A stretch of 59,567 nucleotides of DNA from Rickettsiales bacterium (GTDB lineage: Bacteria; Pseudomonadota; Alphaproteobacteria; Rickettsiales; UBA1997), in contig CANDYP010000001.1 in NCBI GenBank assembly GCA_947425005.1, positions 1 through 59,567 on the forward strand, given 5' to 3'. Under the pieces are notes generated by a model. It did no database searches. It had not been told where the DNA came from and was given only the letters and a program-made list of their open reading frames with translations. Below are positions 39,712 to 50,169 of the stretch, in pieces. Numbering within the stretch: the first letter of the stretch is position 1; every line of letters starts with the position of its first letter. The translations under genes were made by a program, and so were the position numbers.

Positions 39712-40224
39712 ATGCCAAATGACATTGCCAGAGAAGTAGAGAAGCTCGCCGATGATTTAGGGATTGATCGCAAGAGATCGATTGGCGAAGTGGCGAAAGA
39801 ATTAAAACTCGAAACTCACGTCATCAGATTTTGGGAAGAAAAGTTTCCCCAAATAAAGCCGGACATCGGCGCCGGCAAAAGAAGATATTATTACAACAAG
39901 CAGCTTAAAGTTCTTAAAAGAATCAAACAGTTTTTGTACGAAGAAGGCTACACTATCGCGGGTTTGCAGAAGTTGCTGAAAAAAAGAAAACATGACGGCT
40001 ACAAAGAAGAAGACCTCGACATCATTCTGAACGCTGATTTTTCTGCCGAAGAAAAGTTATTGGGTAGTGCGCCGGAATCACAAAAACATCACTTCACTTT
40101 GGATGATTTTATTCCGGCAAATGCGGCGCCAACCTTAGACAATGAAGGGAAGAGGCGAATTGAAGAACTGCTTAGCGGCGCTAGAAAAAATTTAGAAAAA
40201 TTAAAATCTCTGCTCAATTCTTAA
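39712..40224 (+). CDS. MerR family transcriptional regulator
   Basis: IGEVAKELKLETHVIRFWEEKFPQIKP...RRYY is the MerR HTH of the alphaproteobacterial HTH_17/MerR-like family. Confidence 0.8.
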   Translation: MPNDIAREVEKLADDLGIDRKRSIGEVAKELKLETHVIRFWEEKFPQIKPDIGAGKRRYYYNKQLKVLKRIKQFLYEEGYTIAGLQKLLKKRKHDGYKEEDLDIILNADFSAEEKLLGSAPESQKHHFTLDDFIPANAAPTLDNEGKRRIEELLSGARKNLEKLKSLLNS

Positions 40225-40229
40225 AGAAA

Positions 40230-40937
40230 ATGGTCACACAAAATCCCCTTAGAACCTGTCTTAACAAATTCTGTCAAAAAATTAATCACGATTTTTCTGA
40301 CATCAAATTATTAGAAGAAGCCCTTACTCACCCAAGCCTTTCCAAAGAAGATCGCAGCAAGCCCAATTACCAAAGATTAGAATTTTTGGGCGACAAAGTT
40401 TTGTCCTTGGTGATCGGAGATTTTTTAATGAGCAAATATTTAAACGAGGCGGAAGGCGATTTATCTAAGCGCCAAGCCGTTTTAGTTTCCGGCGAAACTT
40501 TGGCGGCAATTGCTTTGGAAATCGGAATTGACGAGGTGATTAAAGTCAGCAAAGGCGAAAAAAATTTAGGCGGCGCGCGGAACAAAAGAAATTTAGAAAA
40601 CTCTTTGGAAGCCTTGATTGGTGCCATTTATCTCGATTCCGGATACGATGCGGCGCAGCAATTTGTAATGAAATTCTGGTGCGATTATCTGGGTAAAGAT
40701 GTGAACCCGCCGAAAGATCCGGTGTCGCAATTGCAGGAATTGGTGCAGTTAAAAACCAAGCAGCTGCCAGAATATTTTACCGAAAAAAGCGGCGGCTTTG
40801 ATCACGCGCCCAGCTTCATTTCAACGGTAAAAATTTCGCACTTGAATCTGGAATTTAGCGCGGTGGGAAAGTCAAAAAAAGAAGCGCAAAAAGAAGTGGC
40901 AAAGATGGCTCTGAAAGCTTTTTGTGAAGAAAATTAA
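40230..40937 (+). CDS. rnc: ribonuclease III
   Basis: Signature ERLEFLGD-like motif (QRLEFLGDKVL), LEALIGAIYLD, and a C-terminal dsRBD. Confidence 0.92.
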   Translation: MVTQNPLRTCLNKFCQKINHDFSDIKLLEEALTHPSLSKEDRSKPNYQRLEFLGDKVLSLVIGDFLMSKYLNEAEGDLSKRQAVLVSGETLAAIALEIGIDEVIKVSKGEKNLGGARNKRNLENSLEALIGAIYLDSGYDAAQQFVMKFWCDYLGKDVNPPKDPVSQLQELVQLKTKQLPEYFTEKSGGFDHAPSFISTVKISHLNLEFSAVGKSKKEAQKEVAKMALKAFCEEN

Positions 40938-40957
40938 CATTACAAAAACTTTAAAAT

Positions 40958-41962
40958 ATGAGCAGAGTTGCACTGACTGCGGGCAAAATTGGATCAACCG
41001 TATTTTCAAACATTAAGTTATTTTCCACTCTGCAAGCAAAGGTTCCAAGTGAATTGACTGCGGGGATCAGTGACGGTTTTAGAGGTGTCGATCCTAAGTC
41101 AGTGAAGATGAATATTGATCAAGGTGCGATTGCTAGGAGTGCTACTAAAACTGTGAAATGGTTAAAAGACAAAGAGCAAGGTGGTTGCGAGGAGTCGAGC
41201 TTTTTACTGAAGGCGATGCGTGATTATCAAGATCCGCAAAATCTGGCGCTACATTTACAGGGTGCGCCCAAAGAAGAGAGTGCTGCTGAACATCTAGCTC
41301 ACGTGCTAGCTTTTATAATTGGCGGCGAAAGGGAGATTACTAGCAGGGGTCGGATTGATGAAAAGGGCGGCAAGATCGCTAATGTTCCACCTCACAGTGA
41401 TGGAGCCAAACACTCTGTTGAAATAACATTAACGATATTAAGCGGCATTGTGTCTGACGGCAGTGTGCGCACTTACACTTTAGATATTAATCGTGTGTAC
41501 GAAAGGATGTCGGAGCAATCACGAGAAATTTTAGCAGAGCCGATATTCAGATACGCGCCGGACATAAGTCCAATGGATTTCAACGAAAGATCATCATGCA
41601 AATTGCCGATACTTTACGAGGACGGGGACGGTTTGTTGAAGGTTAATTTTACTTACGATGGCAGACCGGTGCTGTTTTGTAATTACGAAAAAAGCAAGTT
41701 TTCAGAAGATGAGGTAGAGCAAGCCGTAGAAGAGATGCAGCGGATTGTTGGTGACATGTATAAGTCAAACGAAGTCACGCCATTTTTTATAAAAGCAGGA
41801 GATTTTTTACTGATTAAGAACAGGCAAGTTTTGCACGGTAGAGATGGTAGTTCTGAAGAAGATCGTATTTTAGTTTTCGGCTCTTACGGCCCCAGCACAA
41901 AACCCTGCAGCGGCGAGTCATCATCATTGATCGGTAACGATCCAAAAACAGCCGGTCTTTGA
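40958..41962 (+). CDS. hypothetical protein, putative TauD / clavaminate-synthase-like Fe(II)/2-oxoglutarate dioxygenase
   Basis: Candidate facial-triad motifs: PPHSDG (HxD) and, near the C-terminus, LIKNRQVLHGRD. The latter resembles the DNxRxxHGR motif of CAS-like/TauD-family oxygenases. I recognise no closer homolog. Confidence 0.4.
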   Translation: MSRVALTAGKIGSTVFSNIKLFSTLQAKVPSELTAGISDGFRGVDPKSVKMNIDQGAIARSATKTVKWLKDKEQGGCEESSFLLKAMRDYQDPQNLALHLQGAPKEESAAEHLAHVLAFIIGGEREITSRGRIDEKGGKIANVPPHSDGAKHSVEITLTILSGIVSDGSVRTYTLDINRVYERMSEQSREILAEPIFRYAPDISPMDFNERSSCKLPILYEDGDGLLKVNFTYDGRPVLFCNYEKSKFSEDEVEQAVEEMQRIVGDMYKSNEVTPFFIKAGDFLLIKNRQVLHGRDGSSEEDRILVFGSYGPSTKPCSGESSSLIGNDPKTAGL

Positions 41963-42031
41963 ATCGCGTTTTTAGTCGTAGCATAAGTGGATAAATCGCG
42001 CTGTAGCGCAGCGCAAGCGGATGGTGCACCC

Positions 42032-42108
42032 GAGAGGATTCGAACCTCTAACCTTCTGATCCGTAGTCAGATACTCTATCCAGTTGAGCTACGGGTGCAT
42101 ATTGTGTC
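42032..42108 (-). tRNA. tRNA-Arg (anticodon ACG)
   Basis: Manual cloverleaf: GCACCCG-TA-GCTC-AACTGGATA-GAGT-A-TCTGA-CTACGGA-TCAGA-AGGTT-AGAGG-TTCGAAT-CCTCT-CGGGTGC-ACCA. CCA is encoded. Confidence 0.92.
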
Positions 42109-42193
42109 ACGGCATGTCGCTTTTCTCACTTCGTTCGAAGACGACACGCCGCCGGGGCGAGCGGCGTAGCCTTCGCCCGTTATTCCTTCTTTC

Positions 42194-43246
42194 TTAAGAC
42201 GCGTCAGATTTGCGTTTCTTTTCAGAAGCCTCTGCAGCTTTTTTCTCTACTTTTTTTGCTTTACCGACGCCGAGTTTTTCACGAATTAGACCTTCTAATT
42301 CTTCAGCGACTTTAGGATTTTCTTTCAAATAAGTTTTAGTGTTTTCTTTTCCTTGTCCAATTTTAGCGCCTTTGTAAGCGTACCAAGAGCCGGATTTTTC
42401 TAGGATGTCATGCTTTACAGCAAGTTCGATAACTTCGCCGATACGCGAAATTCCTTCGCCGTAAATAATTTCAAAATCTGCAGTCTTGAAAGGTGGGGCA
42501 ACTTTATTTTTTACAACTTTAACGCGGGTTTCATTTCCTAAAACTTCTTCTTGATCTTTGATGGCGGTGCCGCGGCGGATGTCTAATCGAACTGAAGCGT
42601 AGAACTTCAAAGAGTTGCCACCAGAAGTGGTTTCAGGAGAGCCAAACATCACACCAATTTTCATTCTGATTTGATTGATGAAGATGATGGTTGAGTTGCT
42701 TTTGGAAACCGTTGAGGTGAGCTTTCTTAAGGCCTTGCTCATCAAGCGCGCTTGTAGGCCCATTTGATTGTCTCCCATGCCGCCTTCCAATTCAACTTGC
42801 GGCACTAAGGCTGCAACTGAATCGATCACGACTAAATCAACTGCGCCGGAGCGAACTAAGGTGTCGGTGATTTCAAGTGCTGCTTCACCGTTGTCGGGTT
42901 GCGAAATGATTAGCTCTTCTAAATTAATGCCAAGATTTTTGGCGTAAGCTGGATCGAAAGCGTGCTCAGCGTCAACGAAGGCGCAAGATAGGCCGGCTCT
43001 TTGAGCTTCAGCGATTGCGTGCAAAGTTAAGGTAGTTTTGCCGGAAGATTCTGGTCCATAGATTTCGATGATGCGGCCGCGCGGATATCCGCCAACGCCC
43101 AGAGCCACGTCCAAAGCCAATGAGCCGCTTGGAATAACTTCAATATCCAAAACTGGCTTTGAGCCAAATTTCATTGCTGAGCCTTTACCGAACTGTTTGT
43201 CGATTTGGGCAAATGCTGCTTCTAATGCTTTTTTACGGTCGTCCAT
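42194..43246 (-). CDS. recA: recombinase RecA
   Basis: [10 protein letters not shown] Walker [10 protein letters not shown], and the L2 loop region. 350 aa. Confidence 0.95.
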   Translation of the reverse strand: MDDRKKALEAAFAQIDKQFGKGSAMKFGSKPVLDIEVIPSGSLALDVALGVGGYPRGRIIEIYGPESSGKTTLTLHAIAEAQRAGLSCAFVDAEHAFDPAYAKNLGINLEELIISQPDNGEAALEITDTLVRSGAVDLVVIDSVAALVPQVELEGGMGDNQMGLQARLMSKALRKLTSTVSKSNSTIIFINQIRMKIGVMFGSPETTSGGNSLKFYASVRLDIRRGTAIKDQEEVLGNETRVKVVKNKVAPPFKTADFEIIYGEGISRIGEVIELAVKHDILEKSGSWYAYKGAKIGQGKENTKTYLKENPKVAEELEGLIREKLGVGKAKKVEKKAAEASEKKRKSDAS

Positions 43247-43296
43247 ATTTTCTCCTTTGGTTGTGGTGTTGACCCCGCCATACGACGGGGCGGTAA

Positions 43297-44181
43297 TTAT
43301 TTTTTTAACAATTTTAACATGGTTTCGCCAAGGGCGGCAGGGCTGTCTGATACCACAACTCCAGCTGATTTCATCGCTTCAATTTTTGCTTCAGCCCCAC
43401 CTTTGCCACCAGAAATGATGGCGCCAGCATGGCCCATTCTTCTGCCTTCAGGCGCGGTACGACCGGCGATGAAGCCGACGCATGGCTTGCTGCGACCTTT
43501 TTTAGCTTCAGCTTTTAGGAAGGCTGCGGCCTCTTCTTCGTCAGATCCGCCAATCTCGCCAATCATGATCATGGCTTGAGTTTCAGGGTCAGACAGGAAC
43601 ATGTCTAAACAATCGATAAAGTTAGTGCCATTGACGGGATCGCCGCCAATGCCGATACAGGTAGTTTGGCCCAAGCCGGCTTTGGTGGTTTGGTGCACTG
43701 CTTCGTAGGTTAAAGTGCCGGAGCGTGAAACGATTCCGATTGAACCTTTTTTGTGAATGTGTCCGGGCATGATGCCGATTTTACATTCTTCCGGAGTGAT
43801 AACGCCGGGGCAGTTTGGCCCGATCAATCTTGATTTTGAACCGCTCAAAGCTTTTTTAACTTTCACCATGTCAAGCACTGGAATGCCTTCAGTGATGCAA
43901 ATGATTAATTCGATTTCGGCATCAATAGCCTCTAGAATGGCGTCAGCAGCGAATGGAGGTGGAACGTAAATTACTGAGGCATTGGCGTCAGTTTTTTTAC
44001 GAGCGTCGTAAACCGTGTCGAAAACTGGCAGGTTTAAATGTAGCGTGCCGCCTTTTCCGGGAGTGACGCCGCCCACCATTTTGGTGCCGTAAGCAACTGC
44101 TTGCTCAGAGTGAAAAGTGCCTTGAGATCCGGTAAATCCTTGGCAGATAACTTTGGTATTTTTGTTGATTAGAACTGACAT
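43297..44181 (-). CDS. sucD: succinate--CoA ligase subunit alpha
   Basis: [23 protein letters not shown], and the phosphohistidine loop MGHAGAII. Confidence 0.95.
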   Translation of the reverse strand: MSVLINKNTKVICQGFTGSQGTFHSEQAVAYGTKMVGGVTPGKGGTLHLNLPVFDTVYDARKKTDANASVIYVPPPFAADAILEAIDAEIELIICITEGIPVLDMVKVKKALSGSKSRLIGPNCPGVITPEECKIGIMPGHIHKKGSIGIVSRSGTLTYEAVHQTTKAGLGQTTCIGIGGDPVNGTNFIDCLDMFLSDPETQAMIMIGEIGGSDEEEAAAFLKAEAKKGRSKPCVGFIAGRTAPEGRRMGHAGAIISGGKGGAEAKIEAMKSAGVVVSDSPAALGETMLKLLKK

Positions 44182-44198
44182 TGATCGATTGATTTAGA

Positions 44199-45368
<1,170 letters not shown>

Positions 45369-45530
45369 GTCTAATTTTGATTTTGTTTTGATCTGAAGTG
45401 TCTTCAAACTTGCCCGTCAGCTCGCTCGTGAAGCGGTTTGGGTACCAAATCTTTTAAAGAGAAGAGGGGCGCACAATAAATTTCCTTTTTAACTTGGCAA
45501 TAAAATTTTCCGCCACTTTCGTTGCAGCTC

Positions 45531-46277
45531 ATGAGAAAATCTGTACTAATCACCAGGCCCAAAGATCAAGCGCAAGAAATCGTGCAGCATCTTGAAAATC
45601 AAGGGTTTGAGGTATTTATCGAGCCGACGTTTTCGGTGCAAAAAATTAGCTTAGCAAAGATCGATGCATTACAAAATCTCTCTCAAAAAAAAATCCAAGC
45701 ACTCATCTTAACCAGCGGAAATGCGGCAGATATTGCATTCGACGCCGCTGAAATTTTAGGCCTCAGCAAGGAAGTCAAAGTTTTTGCCGTTGGCAAAAAA
45801 ACTGCCAGAAAGTTTTTGGACGCAGGCTACGAGAACGTAATTTATTCGGAGCAAAATTCGGCAGCGGATTTGCTGAAAATAATCTCGTCAGATCAAGAAA
45901 TTCTGAGCCAAAAAAATCAGGAAATTCTTTTATATTTTTGTGGTGAATTAGTTACTGTTGATTTTAAGGCAAAGCTTGAAAAATCGGGCATTGCAGCTGA
46001 ACAAATCCTTTCTTACAAAATTTTTGAAGAGCAAAATTTCTCAGAAAATTTTTTAGAAAAAGTTAAAAATTTTCAATTCGATTTCGTACTACTTTATTCC
46101 AAAAACAGCGCTAAACATTTTTGTGAATTATCCACAAAACACAATCTGCTTGAATATTTCCAGAGCTCGCGAATATTGTGTTTGAGCGAAAAAATCCTTT
46201 CTTACTTGCGCAATTTCGGGTTCAAAAATTCTGCGACCTTCGACGAAATTCCGATTCTAAAAAAATTTTATGACTGA
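45531..46277 (+). CDS. hemD: uroporphyrinogen-III synthase
   Basis: About 248 aa. Has a HemD-like two-lobe pattern (VLITRP..., LILTSGNA, VFAVGKKTA, LLYSKNSA). Its position upstream of Mic60-like and hemY-like genes supports the call. The ORF track starts at TTG 45522. Confidence 0.7.
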   Translation: MRKSVLITRPKDQAQEIVQHLENQGFEVFIEPTFSVQKISLAKIDALQNLSQKKIQALILTSGNAADIAFDAAEILGLSKEVKVFAVGKKTARKFLDAGYENVIYSEQNSAADLLKIISSDQEILSQKNQEILLYFCGELVTVDFKAKLEKSGIAAEQILSYKIFEEQNFSENFLEKVKNFQFDFVLLYSKNSAKHFCELSTKHNLLEYFQSSRILCLSEKILSYLRNFGFKNSATFDEIPILKKFYD

Positions 46278-47184
46278 AGAAAAAACTGAACAGGCCTTGG
46301 AAAATGGCGTCGCAATGCCACAAAAGAAGAAAAAATTTTCTCTGAGCCGAATCGTAATTTTGTTTGTGATTATCTTGTCGGGCTATCTGGGCCTCAGATA
46401 TTTCGAAATCAAACAGGCCAGAAAATTGAATGCCAAAGCAGAAGTTGGTAAATTTGATAATGTCGAAAGTGAAATTTTTGATCTGTCGGAAGAGTATAAA
46501 AATCAGTTAAATTCTGATGCGCACGGCCTGTCCGATATCCCGCTCAATGAAGTGCAAGAAAAAGGTGCAGAATTTGTTTACAAAATGCTGCTAAAAAATC
46601 AGACGCAGATCAATGATTTAAAAAGCCAAACTGAGTCCCTTAAAGCCGAATTCACAAAATACAAAAATCAGGAAAAGCTCGGTAAGATCATTTTTGCCTA
46701 CATTGATTTTAGGCAAAAGCTTCTTGCGGGCGCGCCCTTTGAGGATGCCTTAAAAAACTTCGAAATGTTGGCAGTTTTTGATCAACATCTGCAGGATAAA
46801 ATTTCAAAATTAAGGGTGTCGCTGAAGAATTTTGCTAACGAAGAAAATCTCAGCAAAGATTTTGCTGACTTGATTCCAGAGCTTATCACGACAAAAAATA
46901 CTGGCGCAGAAAATGGGATGATTTCCAAGATTCGCCGCAATATTTCCAAAATGGTAGTGATCCGCAGAATTGACGGAAAAAACCCCAATGATGTTGACGG
47001 AATAGTCAGTAGAACTGAAAAATTATTGCACGATGAAAACTATCAAGAAGCCTTTGATTGCCTTCTTGCGCTCGATCAATCCTACCACGAAATTTTAGTG
47101 AATTTTTTAAGTGAATTAAGCGCGGCGGTGGAAGTAAAAAAAATCGACTCCGACATTTTATCCTACCTAAAAACATTAAGTTAA
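46270..47184 (+). CDS. alphaproteobacterial Mic60 (mitofilin)-like inner-membrane protein
   Basis: N-terminal TM anchor (IVILFVIILSGYLGL), a central coiled-coil (INDLKSQTESLKAEFTKYK), and a C-terminal mitofilin-like segment (LLHDENYQEAFDCLLAL...FLSELSAAVEVKKID). Synteny is hemD / this gene / hemY-like. Confidence 0.55.
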   Translation: MTEEKTEQALENGVAMPQKKKKFSLSRIVILFVIILSGYLGLRYFEIKQARKLNAKAEVGKFDNVESEIFDLSEEYKNQLNSDAHGLSDIPLNEVQEKGAEFVYKMLLKNQTQINDLKSQTESLKAEFTKYKNQEKLGKIIFAYIDFRQKLLAGAPFEDALKNFEMLAVFDQHLQDKISKLRVSLKNFANEENLSKDFADLIPELITTKNTGAENGMISKIRRNISKMVVIRRIDGKNPNDVDGIVSRTEKLLHDENYQEAFDCLLALDQSYHEILVNFLSELSAAVEVKKIDSDILSYLKTLS

Positions 47185-47185
47185 T

Positions 47186-48496
47186 ATGTTCGCAGTTCTG
47201 TGGTTTTTATTTATCGCGTCAGCAATCGCCGGATCAGTGGTTTGGCTGCTTGATCACGATGGTTCAATCGTTATTTCTTGGCTTGGATACGAAGCCAGAA
47301 CTGACATTCTAACGGCGATTTTGCTGACGATATTTTTCGTCCTCGTCACCTTCGTAATCTCTTACGCAATCGCCAGAATTCTGGCTTTTCGATTCCCCGC
47401 TTTTTTCAAAATATTTTTCAAAAAAACTTACATCCAGCGTCTGGAAAAGTTGGTGCACAGGCACTGGCAAGGCATGGACGTGGTCACGCAATTGCTGATG
47501 GCGATTGAGGTTCAAGACGTTAAATCCTCAGAAAATTTACAAAAAAAATTAGGCAAACTGATTAAAAACCCGCAATTAAATAATTTTTTCTTAGGCAGAA
47601 TTGCCCTCGAGAATAAAGATTTTTCTAAGGCCGCGGACTGTTTTGTAAAACTTGGTGAAGATAAACACGCTAAAATTTTAGTGCTGAAATCGAAGTTCAA
47701 ATTGGCGTTAGAAAAAGATGACGAAGTAACAGCGATCGCTTACGCTAAACAAATTCTGTCGGCTCGCAAAGACAATGTTGACGTGGCTCGATCACTATTT
47801 TCTTTGTACAAAAAAAGAGGCATGTGGCAAGAGGCCAAAGGCCTGATTGCCGAATATGGTTCTGCCAAATTTGAAGATGAATTACAAAAGCGTGACATTG
47901 CCGTAATCAACGCTGCGCTTGCTTTCGAAGCTTACCGCAAAAAGCAATTTTCTGACGCCATCAAGCACGCCAAAATTTCTCTCAAAGCAGAAAGCGACTT
48001 TTTGCCAGCAATCGAAATACTGCTTAAATCCTGGATCAAACGCGGTTTTTCTTTTAAAGCCAGTTGGGTGATTAAAAAATTATGGCGCGAAAATCCGCAT
48101 TTGGTTTTGGCGGAAATTTTTGATTTAATTAATCGCAAAGCCTCAGTCAAAAAACGCATCAAAGCCGTTAAAAAATTGGCGAGTTTAAATAGTGAAACTC
48201 CCTTAAATAAATTGGCAATTGGTGTGGTTGCATTCAGAGCTGGCAGCTATTCCGAGGCCAAAGATTTTCTACTTCTGTCTCTAATCAAAGAAAAAACTTA
48301 CCGCGCTTACAAGCTACTTTCTCTTGCTGAAAAATTTTCTGGCGACAACGAAAAATCCAAAAAATATTCCGAAAAAGCCGAGATGCTTAACAAGGAAGGC
48401 AATTACTCCTGCAGCAATTGCGGCCATTTATCCGAAAAGTGGGCTGCAAGATGCACCTCATGCGCAAGCTATGATTCTCTAGAGTGGAGCTCGTAA
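47186..48496 (+). CDS. HemY-like TPR membrane protein with a C-terminal zinc ribbon
   Basis: Two N-terminal TM helices (HemY_N-like), TPR-like repeats, and a terminal CSNCGH...[12 protein letters not shown]. Confidence 0.7.
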   Translation: MFAVLWFLFIASAIAGSVVWLLDHDGSIVISWLGYEARTDILTAILLTIFFVLVTFVISYAIARILAFRFPAFFKIFFKKTYIQRLEKLVHRHWQGMDVVTQLLMAIEVQDVKSSENLQKKLGKLIKNPQLNNFFLGRIALENKDFSKAADCFVKLGEDKHAKILVLKSKFKLALEKDDEVTAIAYAKQILSARKDNVDVARSLFSLYKKRGMWQEAKGLIAEYGSAKFEDELQKRDIAVINAALAFEAYRKKQFSDAIKHAKISLKAESDFLPAIEILLKSWIKRGFSFKASWVIKKLWRENPHLVLAEIFDLINRKASVKKRIKAVKKLASLNSETPLNKLAIGVVAFRAGSYSEAKDFLLLSLIKEKTYRAYKLLSLAEKFSGDNEKSKKYSEKAEMLNKEGNYSCSNCGHLSEKWAARCTSCASYDSLEWSS

Positions 48497-48512
48497 TTTA
48501 ATAATCAAAAAC

Positions 48513-49352
48513 ATGACAAATAATCTTTCTCAAATCATCGAAAACGCTTTTGAAAAAAGGGCGGAAATTAATTTAGCAACTCAGGGTGAAGTGCGCGATG
48601 CAGTCAATCAAACATTGGCTTTGCTCGATCGCGGTGAAATTAGAATCTGCGAGAAAAAGAATGATGTTTGGCAAGTCAATCAATGGATCAAAAAGGCGAT
48701 TTTATTGTCGTTTAGGTTGAGCGATAATTTCTTGAGCAAGCAGGCGGTTGAGGCTGGAAATGCTTTAAATTATTTCGACAAAGTCCCGCTAAAATTTGCA
48801 AAATGGACCGAAGAGGATTTTCGCAAAGCAGGCTTTCGCGCCGTACCTGGAGCCATTGTGCGCTACTCAGCATTTATTGCTAAAAATGTAGTTTTGTTGC
48901 CATCATTCGTGAACCTCGGAGCCTATGTGGATGAAGGCTCAATGATTGATGCTTGGGCGACGGTAGGCTCTTGTGCGCAGATCGGAAAGAATTGCCACAT
49001 CTCTGGCGGCGCTGGAATTGGCGGGGTTTTGGAGCCTTTGCAGGCCAATCCGGTAATCATTGAAGATGACTGCTTCATCGGCGCTCGCGCTGAAATTGCT
49101 GAAGGCGTAATCGTCGAAAAAGGCGCGGTAATTTCGATGGGAGTTTACATCGGCGCTTCGACAAAAATTATTGATCGCGAAACTGGTGAGATTTTTTACG
49201 GTCGAGTTCCGGCCTACTCAGTTGTGGTTCCTGGCAATATCGCCTCCACTAAAGGTGACAAAAATGTTTCACTTTACGCTGCGATAATTGTCAAAAAAGT
49301 TGACGAAAAAACCCGCTCCAAAACTTCAATCAATGAATTGTTAAGAGACTAA
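48513..49352 (+). CDS. dapD: 2,3,4,5-tetrahydropyridine-2,6-dicarboxylate N-succinyltransferase
   Basis: 279 aa with hexapeptide-repeat LbH region and [17 protein letters not shown], typical of DapD. Confidence 0.92.
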   Translation: MTNNLSQIIENAFEKRAEINLATQGEVRDAVNQTLALLDRGEIRICEKKNDVWQVNQWIKKAILLSFRLSDNFLSKQAVEAGNALNYFDKVPLKFAKWTEEDFRKAGFRAVPGAIVRYSAFIAKNVVLLPSFVNLGAYVDEGSMIDAWATVGSCAQIGKNCHISGGAGIGGVLEPLQANPVIIEDDCFIGARAEIAEGVIVEKGAVISMGVYIGASTKIIDRETGEIFYGRVPAYSVVVPGNIASTKGDKNVSLYAAIIVKKVDEKTRSKTSINELLRD

Positions 49353-49358
49353 TCCAGC

Positions 49359-50033
49359 ATGTTTTTTGACGCCAAAATGCTAGTCGCGTTGGTTTTCATA
49401 ATAATCAATTTTCTGATTATTTTTGTAATCCGCACCCGCACCACCACTGTTACCATCTTGATTATCGCCCATCTGATGTTGGTGCTTTTTTTGAGTCTGT
49501 CGATCTCCAATTACAACAGTTTTAAAGAAGTTGTTTTGGCTTTGGTGGCTTACTCAATGGTGGTGTTATTTCTAATTTCTAATCACAATCAGATTTTTTC
49601 TGATGACTCGCAAAGGCCTAAAATCAAGGGATCGAGCCAATCATTTTTTGTAGTTGCGGCGGTGCTTTCTGCGGTGGCGGTAATTTTTTGTGCGCTTTTT
49701 TTAATCACAAAAAATGTGCCAAAAATTTCTCAAATGGTTTCAAACAAAAAACTCGAGAAGCAGAATGAAATCATGATGAACCCAATGATTTTGCCGTCTC
49801 ACCCTGTTCACATCGCGATCAAGAAATTTTATTTAGGCAAAAAAATTGAAGATGATGGCAGCGACTGGCTGGATAAAGCGCAGATTCAGGCCGAGATAAA
49901 TGACAGAAAACAAGCGCGCCTCAAAGATAAATTGTCCGACAATTTTTTACTCAAACGTTCTTCTGACGTAATTCTAATCATAGTGGCTATCAGCACGAGT
50001 TTGCTGCTTCTGGCCAGCAAGAACCAGTCCTGA
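49359..50033 (+). CDS. hypothetical multi-pass membrane protein
   Basis: 224 aa with about 4 N-terminal TM helices, a charged soluble segment and a C-terminal TM helix. No recognisable family. The last 4 codons lie inside the 128-bp palindrome. Confidence 0.5.
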   Translation: MFFDAKMLVALVFIIINFLIIFVIRTRTTTVTILIIAHLMLVLFLSLSISNYNSFKEVVLALVAYSMVVLFLISNHNQIFSDDSQRPKIKGSSQSFFVVAAVLSAVAVIFCALFLITKNVPKISQMVSNKKLEKQNEIMMNPMILPSHPVHIAIKKFYLGKKIEDDGSDWLDKAQIQAEINDRKQARLKDKLSDNFLLKRSSDVILIIVAISTSLLLLASKNQS

Positions 50034-50148
50034 GTCTTTTTTAATTCCAGATTTCGCCCTATTTCGGCTTATTTTTTGGTAAAATTTTACCAAAAAAGCG
50101 CTCGAAATATGTCAAAATCTGGAATTAAAAAAGACTCAGGACTGGTTC
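50021..50148. repeat. 128-bp palindromic element with 34-bp perfect terminal inverted repeats (a second, unrelated family)
   Basis: GAACCAGTCCTGAGTCTTTTTTAATTCCAGATTT at 50021-50054 is the exact reverse complement of 50115-50148. The 60-bp centre contains the inner palindrome TTTTTTGGTAAAATTTTACCAAAAAA. Confidence 0.9.
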
Positions 50149-50169
50149 TAAAAAAATCTTAAATAATTA

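Noticed and set aside
43262-43296. GC-rich stretch GACCCCGCCATACGACGGGGCGGTAA between sucD and recA, as a possible terminator or repeat-family member.
   Set aside because: Only a 4-5 bp stem can be drawn and there is no U-tract. It shares no convincing similarity with the C6/G6 element family.
46128-46136. Perfect DnaA box TTATCCACA, plus a near-match AGTGGATAA around 41997.
   Set aside because: These are single isolated boxes. One is inside the hemD coding sequence, and there is no cluster or adjacent AT-rich unwinding element, so there is no evidence of an origin.
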